Below are positions 17,868-26,670 of a DNA stretch of 55,909 bases, in pieces (the first letter of the stretch is position 1; the number at the start of each line of letters is the position of its first letter). A model generated the notes under the pieces. The model was given only the letters and a program-made list of their open reading frames with translations, did no database searches and was not told the DNA's origin. Source of the stretch: a virus. Position numbers and translations under genes: made by a program. The DNA lies in IMG/VR virus record IMGVR_UViG_3300036781_000607, positions 1 to 55,909 of that record, one strand, 5' to 3'.

Positions 17868-17897
17868 TTGACAAATACGAAACTTTTAGTATCTTTA
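17868..17897 (+). promoter_or_regulatory. Diverged Bacteroidota-type promoter for the 17920-19407 block
   Basis: TTG at 17868-17870, a 19-nt spacer, then TATCTTTA at 17890-17897. Confidence 0.35.
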
Positions 17898-17919
17898 TAT
17901 CGTTAAACAATTAAAGATC

Positions 17920-18102
17920 ATGACACTATTAGAACAACGGAAACAAGAGGCTGAACAGATGAAACCTCAATTACAAAATAAGATTAATGACCAGGTTATT
18001 GATCTTTTGCAAATGCGTAATAATGCCATCAAATTAAATGACTGGATGGGGCGTATATTAATAGAAAATAAACTTGACTCTTTAAACATTCAATATAAAT
18101 AA
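17920..18102 (+). CDS. Hypothetical protein
   Basis: 60-aa ORF. Confidence 0.45.
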   Translation: MTLLEQRKQEAEQMKPQLQNKINDQVIDLLQMRNNAIKLNDWMGRILIENKLDSLNIQYK

Positions 18103-18103
18103 C

Positions 18104-18223
18104 ATGAAAACTTTAAACACCTTATTAGCTGCCTTCATAGTGCTGGCGGTTATCGCATTCGTTGCAATGGCTTTTCCTGCCTTGCTTCATAACATAATAA
18201 GAGACTTAATAGCTAAAAACTAA
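18104..18223 (+). CDS. Small single-pass membrane peptide (39 aa)
   Basis: MKTLNTLLAAFIVLAVIAFVAMAFPALL... Below the ORF-track cutoff. Confidence 0.35.
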   Translation: MKTLNTLLAAFIVLAVIAFVAMAFPALLHNIIRDLIAKN

Positions 18224-18228
18224 ACAAC

Positions 18229-18450
18229 ATGAAAACAACATTCTCAATTACAAGTTTCTTTGATCCTTTCGGTGATGGAAAATCAACAAGGAAAGTGTTT
18301 CAAAGAAAATTTTATCACTCTGAATTTAGTGATAAAGATCAAATTCAAAACTTTTTTGATACAGTAATTAACAATAAACCAACTTCTTACTATGGTGAGA
18401 AAGTTATAAAGTTCAAATCTTATACTAAAACTAAACCCTTTATAATATGA
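18229..18450 (+). CDS. Hypothetical protein
   Basis: 73-aa ORF. Confidence 0.45.
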   Translation: MKTTFSITSFFDPFGDGKSTRKVFQRKFYHSEFSDKDQIQNFFDTVINNKPTSYYGEKVIKFKSYTKTKPFII

Positions 18451-18617
18451 AATTATACACACCTGATCAAATCTTTGATATCATAGGATCCGTACATTCA
18501 AGTACGGATCTAATCGAAATTGAGCACTATATACTAAGCAATCAAACAGCCTATAAGCCTTATTTGATTGATATCTGGCAATTATGCATTAACGACTTAT
18601 ATTCAATATTAAAATGA
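18447..18617 (+). CDS. Small hypothetical protein (56 aa)
   Basis: ATGA overlaps at both ends with the neighbouring ORFs. Confidence 0.4.
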   Translation: MKLYTPDQIFDIIGSVHSSTDLIEIEHYILSNQTAYKPYLIDIWQLCINDLYSILK

Positions 18618-18847
18618 GCAACATTGTAAACCCTGTAAAGCCTTATTCGATTAAATCTAATCAATATGGTGCGTTTCCTTGCAAAACTTACTACTATATA
18701 GTAGATGCTACCGGCGCAACCTTTCATCATAAGGACCAAAAATGGCGTAAAAAGGAAACTATTGAAATGACAAACTATTACTATCACCTGGTTACCGCCG
18801 CCGAATCACATTTAAAATATCTTAACAAAAATGGAAAAATCAGGTAA
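18614..18847 (+). CDS. Hypothetical protein
   Basis: 77-aa ORF. Confidence 0.45.
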   Translation: MSNIVNPVKPYSIKSNQYGAFPCKTYYYIVDATGATFHHKDQKWRKKETIEMTNYYYHLVTAAESHLKYLNKNGKIR

Positions 18848-19040
18848 ACATCCTAATGAAGCATTTATAACTATCAACTTGCAGTCGCCACTTTTAAATA
18901 AGTCGGCCATTGCAAAGAAATTAGGTTTAACGGCTATGAACTTTCACGATAAGTTAAACGGCCGTGGAAAGGCTAAACGGTTTACCGCCGCCGAATTGGT
19001 GGAAATTGAAACAGTAATTAAAAACGATCTTAATCTTTAA
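18831..19040 (+). CDS. Small HTH-like protein
   Basis: LNKSAIAKKLGLTAMNFHDKLNG resembles a helix-turn-helix. Confidence 0.45.
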   Translation: MEKSGKHPNEAFITINLQSPLLNKSAIAKKLGLTAMNFHDKLNGRGKAKRFTAAELVEIETVIKNDLNL

Positions 19041-19044
19041 AAAC

Positions 19045-19407
19045 ATGAAAACTCTAATCACCTCAGAACAAGCGTTTATCAACCAATTACAAAGAGCAGT
19101 TGAAAACGGTTTTGAAATAGACCGCGACTTAACTATAAATGAAATTCAAATTGAAGCGCAGGACTTTTTAATATATAATTTGCCGGTAGATAAGTCCGAA
19201 TATTGCGAAGTCTTACAACATGGAACAAGTCAACATGTAGATTATTGCGACGGTTTAGGCACCGTTTACACTTGTGACGGTGAAATAATTGGCTGGAATA
19301 CTTACAGAGATGCCACACCAAATGAAAAATTTGTTCATACAACTATTGTAAACGTAAAAGGCGAAATAGTTCAGTTATACGAAAATCTATGTTTATCTTT
19401 AAGTTAA
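19045..19407 (+). CDS. Hypothetical protein
   Basis: 120-aa ORF. Confidence 0.45.
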   Translation: MKTLITSEQAFINQLQRAVENGFEIDRDLTINEIQIEAQDFLIYNLPVDKSEYCEVLQHGTSQHVDYCDGLGTVYTCDGEIIGWNTYRDATPNEKFVHTTIVNVKGEIVQLYENLCLSLS

Positions 19408-20939
19408 TCATTCAACAAACTAACTACCGGCGCCGGTTCACCCTCAGTGACCGGCCGGTTTTTTCTCCAACCTACGGCAAACTTTCTTTCAGGCCTGCCA
19501 AAATGCCGTAGTATCGCCTGGGCAATCGTATCGGCTAAATCCTGTTTTGCTCCGTTTGGGAATTTTAATATCCCCTGGTCTGTATCGTAATAGATTTTTT
19601 CAAGGATCGAAGCACGGACGTAAATTAACCCTGCCTCTGCTTTAGGCGTGGCCATACGGGAACGCGCCAATTTATCACCAACGACCTGAACGCCGATAGC
19701 TACAATACCTTCAGATTTAAGTAAATTAACCAGGTCAACGCCGCTGGCCTTCGCTTCTACATAATGTGGCTCCGGGTATTCATCGCGCATTAGTTTCATT
19801 AGATCAGGAAATATTTTCCAGTACCAACCAACGCGGTCAATGTACATACGACCGTTAAACATACCAGATGTAACGAACGCGCTGGCTGCATTCGTTTGCT
19901 TATCGGTGTAGGCTGTGTCGCTATCAGTTCCATAACCTGTCATCTCGGCCGGTGACGGCATATCTTTATCAGGTACAGCGATAAACCATTTCTGCCATAC
20001 ACCGCCACCCTCCGGCGCCGGGTCCTGGTCCATTTGACCGGCGAACCCATAACTACCGAGTTCTATTTTAGCATTTGCCAGGACGTCCTCATCCAAACGA
20101 ACCGGGTCCAGTAGCCCGTTTATATAGTACTGCTTTAACTCCGGCGGGTAAACTTTCGGTGACGAACGAACCGGCAAACAGATATGTTTGATCTTACGGC
20201 CTTCCTGGTCCCGCTGGCGCAGCCAAACGCCGGCCGGGTCAAGTTCGTTCAACCGCTGCATAACCATGATCGTTAATGTCACGGCTTTGTCAACTTTTCG
20301 GGTTGATAGCGTGGTATTAACGAACGAAGCTGCCGCCGGCAGGTCTGCTTCACTGATCGATTGTTTAGTGTTCAGCGGATCATCTATTATAATAAGGTGG
20401 GCATGGATCCCCATGACCGTACCGCCGACGGACGTCGCGTACCGTTCACCGTTCATCATATTTTTATAGTTGTTCTTATTGTTCTGGTCCACACGTATCT
20501 CTATTTCCGGGAAATAGGACTTATATTTTGGTGATTGGATAATGTCCCGCGAACGAACGGCATGATCCTGGCTTAAATCGCCGGAGTATGAGGCGCTTAT
20601 GATACGCAGGGTTTGATCGATGGTCCAGGCCCACGCAGGGGCCATAACGGTGATTATCGTTGATTTTAACGAGCCTGGCGGCACATTAACCAGCAGGTCA
20701 TATAGTTTTTGTTCGCGCTTTTTAGCCGGTTGTGTAAAACGAACGCCCTCGAATATGGCCGGTTTCTCTGGTAAACGAACGACCCGCATGATCGCGGTTT
20801 GCACTTCATCACAAATATATTTGATGTGCCAGTTCCAGATCGGATCCTCCGGGATGATCACATCCCAAAATTCCTGGACAAATTCGTATAACGAACGACG
20901 GCACAGCTCAGCTATTGCTTTTGAGGCGTTTATTTGCAT
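19404..20939 (-). CDS. terL: Terminase large subunit
   Basis: 511 aa, with a P-loop-like VPPGSLKST, acidic HLIIIDDP, and a C-terminal nuclease-like half. It lies directly after the small-terminase-like gene. Confidence 0.8.
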   Translation of the reverse strand: MQINASKAIAELCRRSLYEFVQEFWDVIIPEDPIWNWHIKYICDEVQTAIMRVVRLPEKPAIFEGVRFTQPAKKREQKLYDLLVNVPPGSLKSTIITVMAPAWAWTIDQTLRIISASYSGDLSQDHAVRSRDIIQSPKYKSYFPEIEIRVDQNNKNNYKNMMNGERYATSVGGTVMGIHAHLIIIDDPLNTKQSISEADLPAAASFVNTTLSTRKVDKAVTLTIMVMQRLNELDPAGVWLRQRDQEGRKIKHICLPVRSSPKVYPPELKQYYINGLLDPVRLDEDVLANAKIELGSYGFAGQMDQDPAPEGGGVWQKWFIAVPDKDMPSPAEMTGYGTDSDTAYTDKQTNAASAFVTSGMFNGRMYIDRVGWYWKIFPDLMKLMRDEYPEPHYVEAKASGVDLVNLLKSEGIVAIGVQVVGDKLARSRMATPKAEAGLIYVRASILEKIYYDTDQGILKFPNGAKQDLADTIAQAILRHFGRPERKFAVGWRKNRPVTEGEPAPVVSLLND

Positions 20940-21450
20940 TCTTGATCTCTTTTAACGCCTCATCCGAGACTTCTGTATACTCAATAAAGTCGGTTTGATT
21001 AATATTCAACTGCCGGACGTCGGACTTCTCTGCGAGGCTTAAATCACGTACAATAACGTTCTCTTTTAGTAGTCCGGCGGCGGCTCCCTCGAACTTTTGA
21101 GTGAACATAATTTGACTAACCCGCGAGAGGATTGCTACAAAATCTTGAGACAATTCCACCAAACCACTAACTTGATCCTCGCCAACATTCCCGTTAAAAG
21201 CAGATTTATATCGGCGTAAATCACAATCCAGGAATACCCCAAGACCAGACCAACTATAAGCCCGCATTTTGTTAAGTGTCACACTTACAGCATCTTTACC
21301 TCTAAAATCTTCCTCTTTTAATGGGTTATTATCACACCAATTAAAATAACGAACGCACTCCTGCCAAAATAATTTTGGATCAGAAAATAACTTGTCCCGC
21401 CCATGTTTAGACCTTTGCATCCAAAACTGATTTCCCGCCGGTGCTGCCAT
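20908..21450 (-). CDS. terS: Terminase small subunit
   Basis: N-terminus AAPAGNQFWMQRSKHGRDKLFSDPKLFWQECVRYFNWCDNNPL is typical of a small-terminase family. It sits upstream of terL. Confidence 0.6.
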   Translation of the reverse strand: MAAPAGNQFWMQRSKHGRDKLFSDPKLFWQECVRYFNWCDNNPLKEEDFRGKDAVSVTLNKMRAYSWSGLGVFLDCDLRRYKSAFNGNVGEDQVSGLVELSQDFVAILSRVSQIMFTQKFEGAAAGLLKENVIVRDLSLAEKSDVRQLNINQTDFIEYTEVSDEALKEIKNANKRLKSNS

Positions 21451-21548
21451 AAAAATTATTTTTATTTCAAATATCGCTTTTAATTATCAAAATAAAAACT
21501 ATATTTGATCTCCCACTCTTTAACATCCGTACTATAATTAGTACAAAA

Positions 21549-21851
21549 GGTTTACAGGTTTACAGGACGAAAAACAACGTGTAAACCAACGTGTAAACCA
21601 TAAAAACCCATCCAGCATATCAAATTTCGCAGTTTTTACCAACCAGTTTACAGGTTTACACGATTTTCCTCGCGCGCACGTATACGCGCGAACACTGTTA
21701 TTTTTTAATTTTTAAGGCTTAACTAAAAAATAAAAAATCTCTCTATAGTGCGAGAAAACAACCTGTAAACCTGTAAACCTGTAAACTTATTGCTTATACA
21801 TATATTTAAACACACTTTTTTGGTTTACAGGTTGGTTTACAGGTTTACAGG
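21549..21851. repeat. Iteron array, candidate replication origin or regulatory region
   Basis: About 12 copies of GGTTTACA(G/C) in both orientations. Forward copies at 21549, 21557, 21645, 21653, 21822, 21834, 21842. Inverted copies at 21580, 21592 and three tandem at 21762-21785. A GC-rich island cgcgcgcacgtatacgcgcg lies at 21671-21690. Confidence 0.75.
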
Positions 21852-21907
21852 TAATTTTAATTTAATATAACCTTTGTATTTTAAATAATACTTTTTACAT
21901 TAGCCGA

Positions 21908-22078
21908 ATGGATCAGGAACTCATTGCTAAGGTCAACGAATCAGGCCTAAAAAAGAAATTCATTGCTGAAAAACTGGATATTGTACCGAACCACTTATAC
22001 CAGTGCTTACTCGGAAACCGGCGGTTATCCACCAAAAAACAGGATGCTTTACGTAAACTTTTAACCACTGTAAACTAA
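21908..22078 (+). CDS. Small HTH protein (56 aa) upstream of the primase-helicase
   Basis: MDQELIAKVNESGLKKKFIAEKLDIVPNHLYQCLLGNRRLS... Below the ORF-track cutoff. Confidence 0.5.
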   Translation: MDQELIAKVNESGLKKKFIAEKLDIVPNHLYQCLLGNRRLSTKKQDALRKLLTTVN

Positions 22079-22079
22079 C

Positions 22080-24212
22080 ATGGAAACCAAAATAGACCTT
22101 TATCCAGACGCCTGGACAACTACCGGTGCCGAAAAAATTACAGTAAGTACCTTTTTAGATAACATTCGTTCTGGTTATTGGCAGGATCAGGTTCTACCCA
22201 TCCGCGCCGCTGTTCAGAAAAACCTGTCAAAGAAACAAATTGATAAGTTAAAAACTTCCATCCCGGCTGCCGCCGCTTCCGGCACTTTTAAAGTTCGTAA
22301 CTCGTCCCCCGACAACCTGGAAAAACATTCCGGTTATCTCGCCATAGATATTGACCATATAAGCAACATAAGCGCCGTAAAGGAACAATTAATGCAGGAC
22401 AGCCTTTTCCACGCCATTTTCATTTCATGCTCAGGACGGGGTATTTGCGGGCTTGTACGGATAAATCCAAAAGCTCATATTGAATCGTTCAATTTTATGT
22501 CCGAGCATATGTTCCTTAAATATGGTCTGAACATCGATGAAAAATGCAAGGATGTTTCCCGGCTGAGGTTCGTTTCATATGACCCGGACTTATACGTTAA
22601 CCAGGACTCACAGATTGCACCAATTAAACCCACACCCAAAAAAGAAAAACAATCACCAAAAAAATATCTCTACACAGATGAAGATTTCCAGCGCATACTG
22701 GACGACATAAAAACCGCTGAACTGGACCTGACCGGCAATTACCAGGACTGGATATACTGTGGGTTCTCCCTGGTTGATAAATTTGGGGAAGAAGGTCGCG
22801 ACCCGTTCCATACGATCAGTATGTTCCATCCAGACTATGACCCGGACAAAGTAGACTATAAATATGATCACCTTTTAAAATCAAAAACCGGCGACCACAC
22901 AATAGACTGGTTCTACCACATAGTTGAAAAGAACGGCCTCACGGCTTACGGTAAAGGCACCGCCGATTTTATACAGCAGGAACTGGCGGAGAAACGGGCC
23001 TATGACGCAGGCCTGAGAGACGAACGCCCTCTTACTTATGCTACGCTTGGTATTATAGACATACCGGCCACCGACCCAATTATCCAGGTGAAGAACTTTG
23101 TACACAAAGCCTACAAGATTCGCAAGAACGAGATGACCGCCGCGCTGGAAGTGAACGGTGAAATGCTGGATGACGAACTGCTGAACACTATTTATATTCT
23201 CTGCCGGTCAGTCATTGAAAAGATTAACGGGCGCGATATTATCTATCACGTACTGGACAGCCGGTTTACCCCGCGTTATCACCTGGTAAAAGATATGATG
23301 GCTAAATATGACGCGGAACCACCGGAACAATCACGTGGTCATATAAAGGCGCTGGTTGACACTTTGGAGACAGACACAGTTTATGCCTACGCTTTCATAA
23401 AGAAATGGCTGGTGGCCCTGATCGCAAGCGCCTACGGCCAGCACAGCGTTCTTGAGCTGATCCTGCAGGGGCCGCAGAACTGTGGCAAGACAGAATGGTT
23501 CCGCAGGCTATTGCCCGTCATCCTGCTACAATACTATGCAGAGAGTAAAATGGATGAGGGTAAAGACGACTTGATCCTGATGAGCAAAAAGCTGATTATC
23601 ATGGATGACGAGCTCAGCGGTAAGTCCAAACAGGAAGAACGTAAAATGAAATCGATCTCATCCAAACAAACCCTTGACCTGCGGGTACCGTTTGGGCGCA
23701 CATCCTCCACACTTAACCGGATCGCTATGCTTGCAGGCACAGCGAACGATGACGAGATCGTGGATGACCCGACCGGTAATCGGCGCCGTATCGTGATCGG
23801 CATCAAGTCAGTGAACTTTGAGGCTTATAATGCAATCGATAAAGAGTTGCTCCTTTATGAGTGCTATCTCGAATACATGGCCGGGTTCAATTATCAGATG
23901 ACCACTGAGGATATATTGTTGCTGGAAAGTGGCGGGCAGCAGTTTAAAAAATCCGTGGTTGAGGAAGAACTGCTCACTAAGTACTTTTGCCTTCCGGCAG
24001 ACTTACCGGAGGCAGAGATCACTGAAATGTCCAGCAGCGAAGTGTTTGACTATATCCGGCCCATGACCAGGCACAATATCAACAGTAATACCCTGGGCAA
24101 GTATTTAAAAAAGCTTGGCTTTGAGCAGAAGCACCGGAAGAACGGTAAAACAACGATCAGGAAATATTTACTGGTGAAAATAAAAGAGCTTACATTAAAT
24201 GATTTAGTATGA
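22080..24212 (+). CDS. Primase-helicase (BT4734/VirE N-terminal primase-like domain plus VirE/D5-like P-loop NTPase)
   Basis: HSGYLAIDIDHI...CSGRGICGLVRI...SRLRFVSYDPDLYVN, and Walker A GPQNCGKT with Walker B LIIMDDE. Confidence 0.75.
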   Translation: METKIDLYPDAWTTTGAEKITVSTFLDNIRSGYWQDQVLPIRAAVQKNLSKKQIDKLKTSIPAAAASGTFKVRNSSPDNLEKHSGYLAIDIDHISNISAVKEQLMQDSLFHAIFISCSGRGICGLVRINPKAHIESFNFMSEHMFLKYGLNIDEKCKDVSRLRFVSYDPDLYVNQDSQIAPIKPTPKKEKQSPKKYLYTDEDFQRILDDIKTAELDLTGNYQDWIYCGFSLVDKFGEEGRDPFHTISMFHPDYDPDKVDYKYDHLLKSKTGDHTIDWFYHIVEKNGLTAYGKGTADFIQQELAEKRAYDAGLRDERPLTYATLGIIDIPATDPIIQVKNFVHKAYKIRKNEMTAALEVNGEMLDDELLNTIYILCRSVIEKINGRDIIYHVLDSRFTPRYHLVKDMMAKYDAEPPEQSRGHIKALVDTLETDTVYAYAFIKKWLVALIASAYGQHSVLELILQGPQNCGKTEWFRRLLPVILLQYYAESKMDEGKDDLILMSKKLIIMDDELSGKSKQEERKMKSISSKQTLDLRVPFGRTSSTLNRIAMLAGTANDDEIVDDPTGNRRRIVIGIKSVNFEAYNAIDKELLLYECYLEYMAGFNYQMTTEDILLLESGGQQFKKSVVEEELLTKYFCLPADLPEAEITEMSSSEVFDYIRPMTRHNINSNTLGKYLKKLGFEQKHRKNGKTTIRKYLLVKIKELTLNDLV

Positions 24213-24664
24213 TAAAAGCTATTGAGACAAGGTATAAAGGTTACCATTTTAGATCACGTACAGAAGCGCGTTGGGCTGTTTTCTTTGATGATATGGGGTA
24301 CACCTGGGAGTACGAAAGAGAAGGATTTCAACTTCCTTCGGGTTACTATTTACCAGATTTTTATTTCACATATTCCTACCATAAAGTTTATATGGAAGTA
24401 AAAGGACAAGAATTTACTCCTGAAGAAAGACAAAAATGTAAAGAATTATCAGCTGATTACGATGTAGTCATGTTAGATGGTCCGCCGAAACTAAAGTCCT
24501 ATGAATTTTATATGCAGGGAGAGCACGAACTTAGCAGTTTTGTATTTATTCCAGCCGGAGAAAAATATGCTCCTTTTTACTATACTTATGAGCGTAACCC
24601 TGATCCTGAAGATTATTCAAGTACACTATTATCAGTTCATGAAGCTTTATCTTATAGATTTTAA
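24209..24664 (+). CDS. PD-(D/E)xK-type nuclease
   Basis: YHFRSRTEARWAVFFDDMGYTWEYEREGFQLPSGYYLPDFYF...YMEVKG. Confidence 0.55.
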   Translation: MIKAIETRYKGYHFRSRTEARWAVFFDDMGYTWEYEREGFQLPSGYYLPDFYFTYSYHKVYMEVKGQEFTPEERQKCKELSADYDVVMLDGPPKLKSYEFYMQGEHELSSFVFIPAGEKYAPFYYTYERNPDPEDYSSTLLSVHEALSYRF

Positions 24665-24667
24665 ATT

Positions 24668-24928
24668 ATGATTTACAAACTATTCCTGTTTGGTGAAAAG
24701 GAGCTTTTCGCCTACACTGAGATTTTCCACGACATGCACCTCAAAGAAGGTGATCTATTTTACTTTGAAGAAAAACGCTATAAGATCCTGCGGATCATCC
24801 GCACCTATAAACGTGTGGAGTGGGATGACAAAGGCAATTTAAAACGTAAATATCCCGACGCTACTAACCAGCAATTTGCTGAACTGGAAGCGCCTGAGCT
24901 GATCATTACGGAGGTACCTGCAACATGA
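24668..24928 (+). CDS. Hypothetical protein
   Basis: 86-aa ORF. Confidence 0.45.
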   Translation: MIYKLFLFGEKELFAYTEIFHDMHLKEGDLFYFEEKRYKILRIIRTYKRVEWDDKGNLKRKYPDATNQQFAELEAPELIITEVPAT

Positions 24929-25314
24929 AAAAGTACGTATTAGGCTTTGCATTTGACAAAGGAAAGAGAAAAGTTGTTTTGATCTTGAAAAATTACCCGG
25001 AATTCCAGCGTAATAAGTTCAACGGTATAGGCGGTGAAATTAAAGATGATGAATCACCGGCACAAGCAATGTGCAGAGAATTTTTTGAAGAAACTGGCGC
25101 GATATCTTCGCCAACCGACTGGTATTATTACACCTGTATTAACCATAAAGATTACATTATTTATTGCTTCTGTATGTATTCTGATATAATTAAAGACTGC
25201 TCAACTGTTACGGAAGAAATTATTGTGATAAAACATGTCTCTTTAGTAGAGCATTTACCGCTGGTCACTAAAACCAAAGAATTGTTCCGTTTAGCTTTAT
25301 TAAAAGATAAATAA
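24925..25314 (+). CDS. Nudix hydrolase
   Basis: Nudix box GGEIKDDESPAQAMCREFFEETG. Confidence 0.8.
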   Translation: MKKYVLGFAFDKGKRKVVLILKNYPEFQRNKFNGIGGEIKDDESPAQAMCREFFEETGAISSPTDWYYYTCINHKDYIIYCFCMYSDIIKDCSTVTEEIIVIKHVSLVEHLPLVTKTKELFRLALLKDK

Positions 25315-25333
25315 ATTATTTTTAATAAAAAAC

Positions 25334-25365
25334 TTGTAAATATTAAAAATAAGTTTTTATATTTG
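25334..25365 (+). promoter_or_regulatory. Bacteroidota-type promoter, conserved copy 2
   Basis: TTG at 25334-25336, a 21-nt spacer, then TATATTTG at 25358-25365. Confidence 0.5.
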
Positions 25366-25369
25366 TTAT

Positions 25370-25594
25370 ATGAAAAGTGAATTTGTTGAATATACCCACA
25401 TTTTAAAATTTATAAGGGGTAAAGAAAGTATAGTTATAAGTTTTACAAAAAAGTCTGGATCAGTACATTTCGACGGACTTATAGTTAGAGAAGGATACCA
25501 AGATTTTACTTTTCCTTGGCGAGGTGAAATTAATAGATTAAAAGTTTTATTGTTAATAGACAAATATATTACAATGGCTGTTCAATCTGATTAA
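25370..25594 (+). CDS. Hypothetical protein
   Basis: 74-aa ORF. Confidence 0.45.
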   Translation: MKSEFVEYTHILKFIRGKESIVISFTKKSGSVHFDGLIVREGYQDFTFPWRGEINRLKVLLLIDKYITMAVQSD

Positions 25595-25617
25595 ACCAAA
25601 ACAACTGGTAAATCTCA

Positions 25618-25666
25618 GCGCAACACCAGAAACGGTTTGCGCTTTACCTGGTAAAAAACTTTAAAA
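25618..25666 (+). promoter_or_regulatory. Hairpin plus ACCTGGTAAAAAACTTTAAAA leader unit 1
   Basis: GCGCAA-caCCagaaacGGt-TTGCGC at 25618-25642, then the 21-nt box at 25646-25666, then the ATG at 25670. Confidence 0.6.
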
Positions 25667-25669
25667 ACA

Positions 25670-26077
25670 ATGGAAGAAGTATCAATGGGTAAGATATTCG
25701 GAGTTTCGATATCCTTACTAACAGTAGTCGGAGGTTTAATTGTATTATGTATGTGGGGTTGCCCTCAGTACTCAGTTTATTCCGCCAGGAAACAGGGTGA
25801 AGCAGTTCTTGCTCATGCGCAGTCATCAAGAGAGGTTGCCGTAGCCGAGGCCAAAGCCAAAATGGAGTCCGCCGCTTTACTGGCACAAGCTGACACCATC
25901 AGGGCACATGGCGTTGCACGTTCAAACATCATTATAGGGCAGTCACTGACAGATGCGTACCTGCACTGGTACTGGATCGATAATATAGAGAAAAACCCGA
26001 ATGCGGTCATCTATGTGCCCACAGAGGCCAACCTGCCGATCATGGAAGCAGGACGATTTAAACAGCCTGTAAAATAA
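25670..26077 (+). CDS. Small N-terminally anchored membrane protein, SPFH/band-7-like C-terminal region
   Basis: TM segment ISLLTVVGGLIVLCMWG, then an Ala/Glu-rich helix and a GQSLTDAYLHWYWIDNI segment. The family call is weak. Confidence 0.4.
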   Translation: MEEVSMGKIFGVSISLLTVVGGLIVLCMWGCPQYSVYSARKQGEAVLAHAQSSREVAVAEAKAKMESAALLAQADTIRAHGVARSNIIIGQSLTDAYLHWYWIDNIEKNPNAVIYVPTEANLPIMEAGRFKQPVK

Positions 26078-26082
26078 AGCTC

Positions 26083-26131
26083 ACCCCGCACTGAAACAAA
26101 TGCGGGGTTAACCTGGTAAAAAACTTTAAAA
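26083..26131 (+). promoter_or_regulatory. Hairpin plus leader unit 2 (box identical to unit 1)
   Basis: ACCCCGCA-ctgaaacaaa-TGCGGGGT at 26083-26108, then the identical 21-nt box at 26111-26131, then the ATG at 26134. Confidence 0.6.
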
Positions 26132-26133
26132 CT

Positions 26134-26526
26134 ATGAATTTATTATTTTGGAAACACAAAAAAGAAGCGCATGTAATTAAAAAGCAGTGTTACGACAAAT
26201 TACCGTCAACCTTGCAGAATCACTACCATCCAAGTGATGAACAACCTACGCATCACTATGACGATGACAGCGGACTGATCACGGGTATAGTTATTGGCGA
26301 AATGCTGGCCGATAACAGCACGGCACCTGATAGCTCACCAGCAGATAATAGTCCTTCATTTGATGGATTTGGCGGCGGAGATTTTGGTGGAGGTGGCTCA
26401 TCCGACAGTTTTGATACCCCGGATTCAGGCGGATCAAGCTATGATAGTGGTAGCTCTTATGACAGTGGTAGCTCTTATGACAGTGGTAGCTCTTATGACA
26501 GTGGTAGTAGTTCATCTGATTATTAA
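26134..26526 (+). CDS. Low-complexity Gly/Ser/Asp-rich protein with SSYDSG tandem repeats
   Basis: 130 aa, ...GGGDFGGGGSSDSFDTPDSGGSSYDSGSSYDSGSSYDSGSSYDSGSSSSDY. Confidence 0.5.
   Translation: MNLLFWKHKKEAHVIKKQCYDKLPSTLQNHYHPSDEQPTHHYDDDSGLITGIVIGEMLADNSTAPDSSPADNSPSFDGFGGGDFGGGGSSDSFDTPDSGGSSYDSGSSYDSGSSYDSGSSYDSGSSSSDY
26434..26505 (+). repeat. Four tandem 18-bp repeats encoding SSYDSG
   Basis: The unit agctcttatgacagtggt occurs three times exactly, preceded by a diverged copy. Confidence 0.85.
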
Positions 26527-26547
26527 TCATTGCTAATCCTGCCAACG

Positions 26548-26590
26548 CCCCGACGCCATAAACCGGCTCGGGGTTAACCTGGTGAAATGA
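26548..26590 (+). promoter_or_regulatory. Hairpin plus partial leader unit 3
   Basis: CCCCGAcGCC-ataaacc-GGCTCGGGG at 26548-26573, then TTAACCTGGTGAAA. Confidence 0.5.
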
Positions 26591-26670
26591 AATTGATATT
26601 ACTTTCAAAAAGTTAAAGCAGGAGGTCACATGTAAGGTTCATAATTGGTTTAGGTTTAAGTAAACCATTA

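Noticed and set aside
21529-21544. Inverted repeat GTACTA-taat-TAGTAC as an operator
   Set aside because: It is a single 6-bp-arm inverted repeat in AT-rich DNA and could arise by chance. Noted, but not supported by a second copy.
26291-26629. Minus and plus ORFs with repeated CHKSYH / VVALMT peptides
   Set aside because: They are alternative frames of the 18-bp SSYDSG tandem repeat in ORF 26134-26526, so the periodicity is inherited and does not reflect independent genes.
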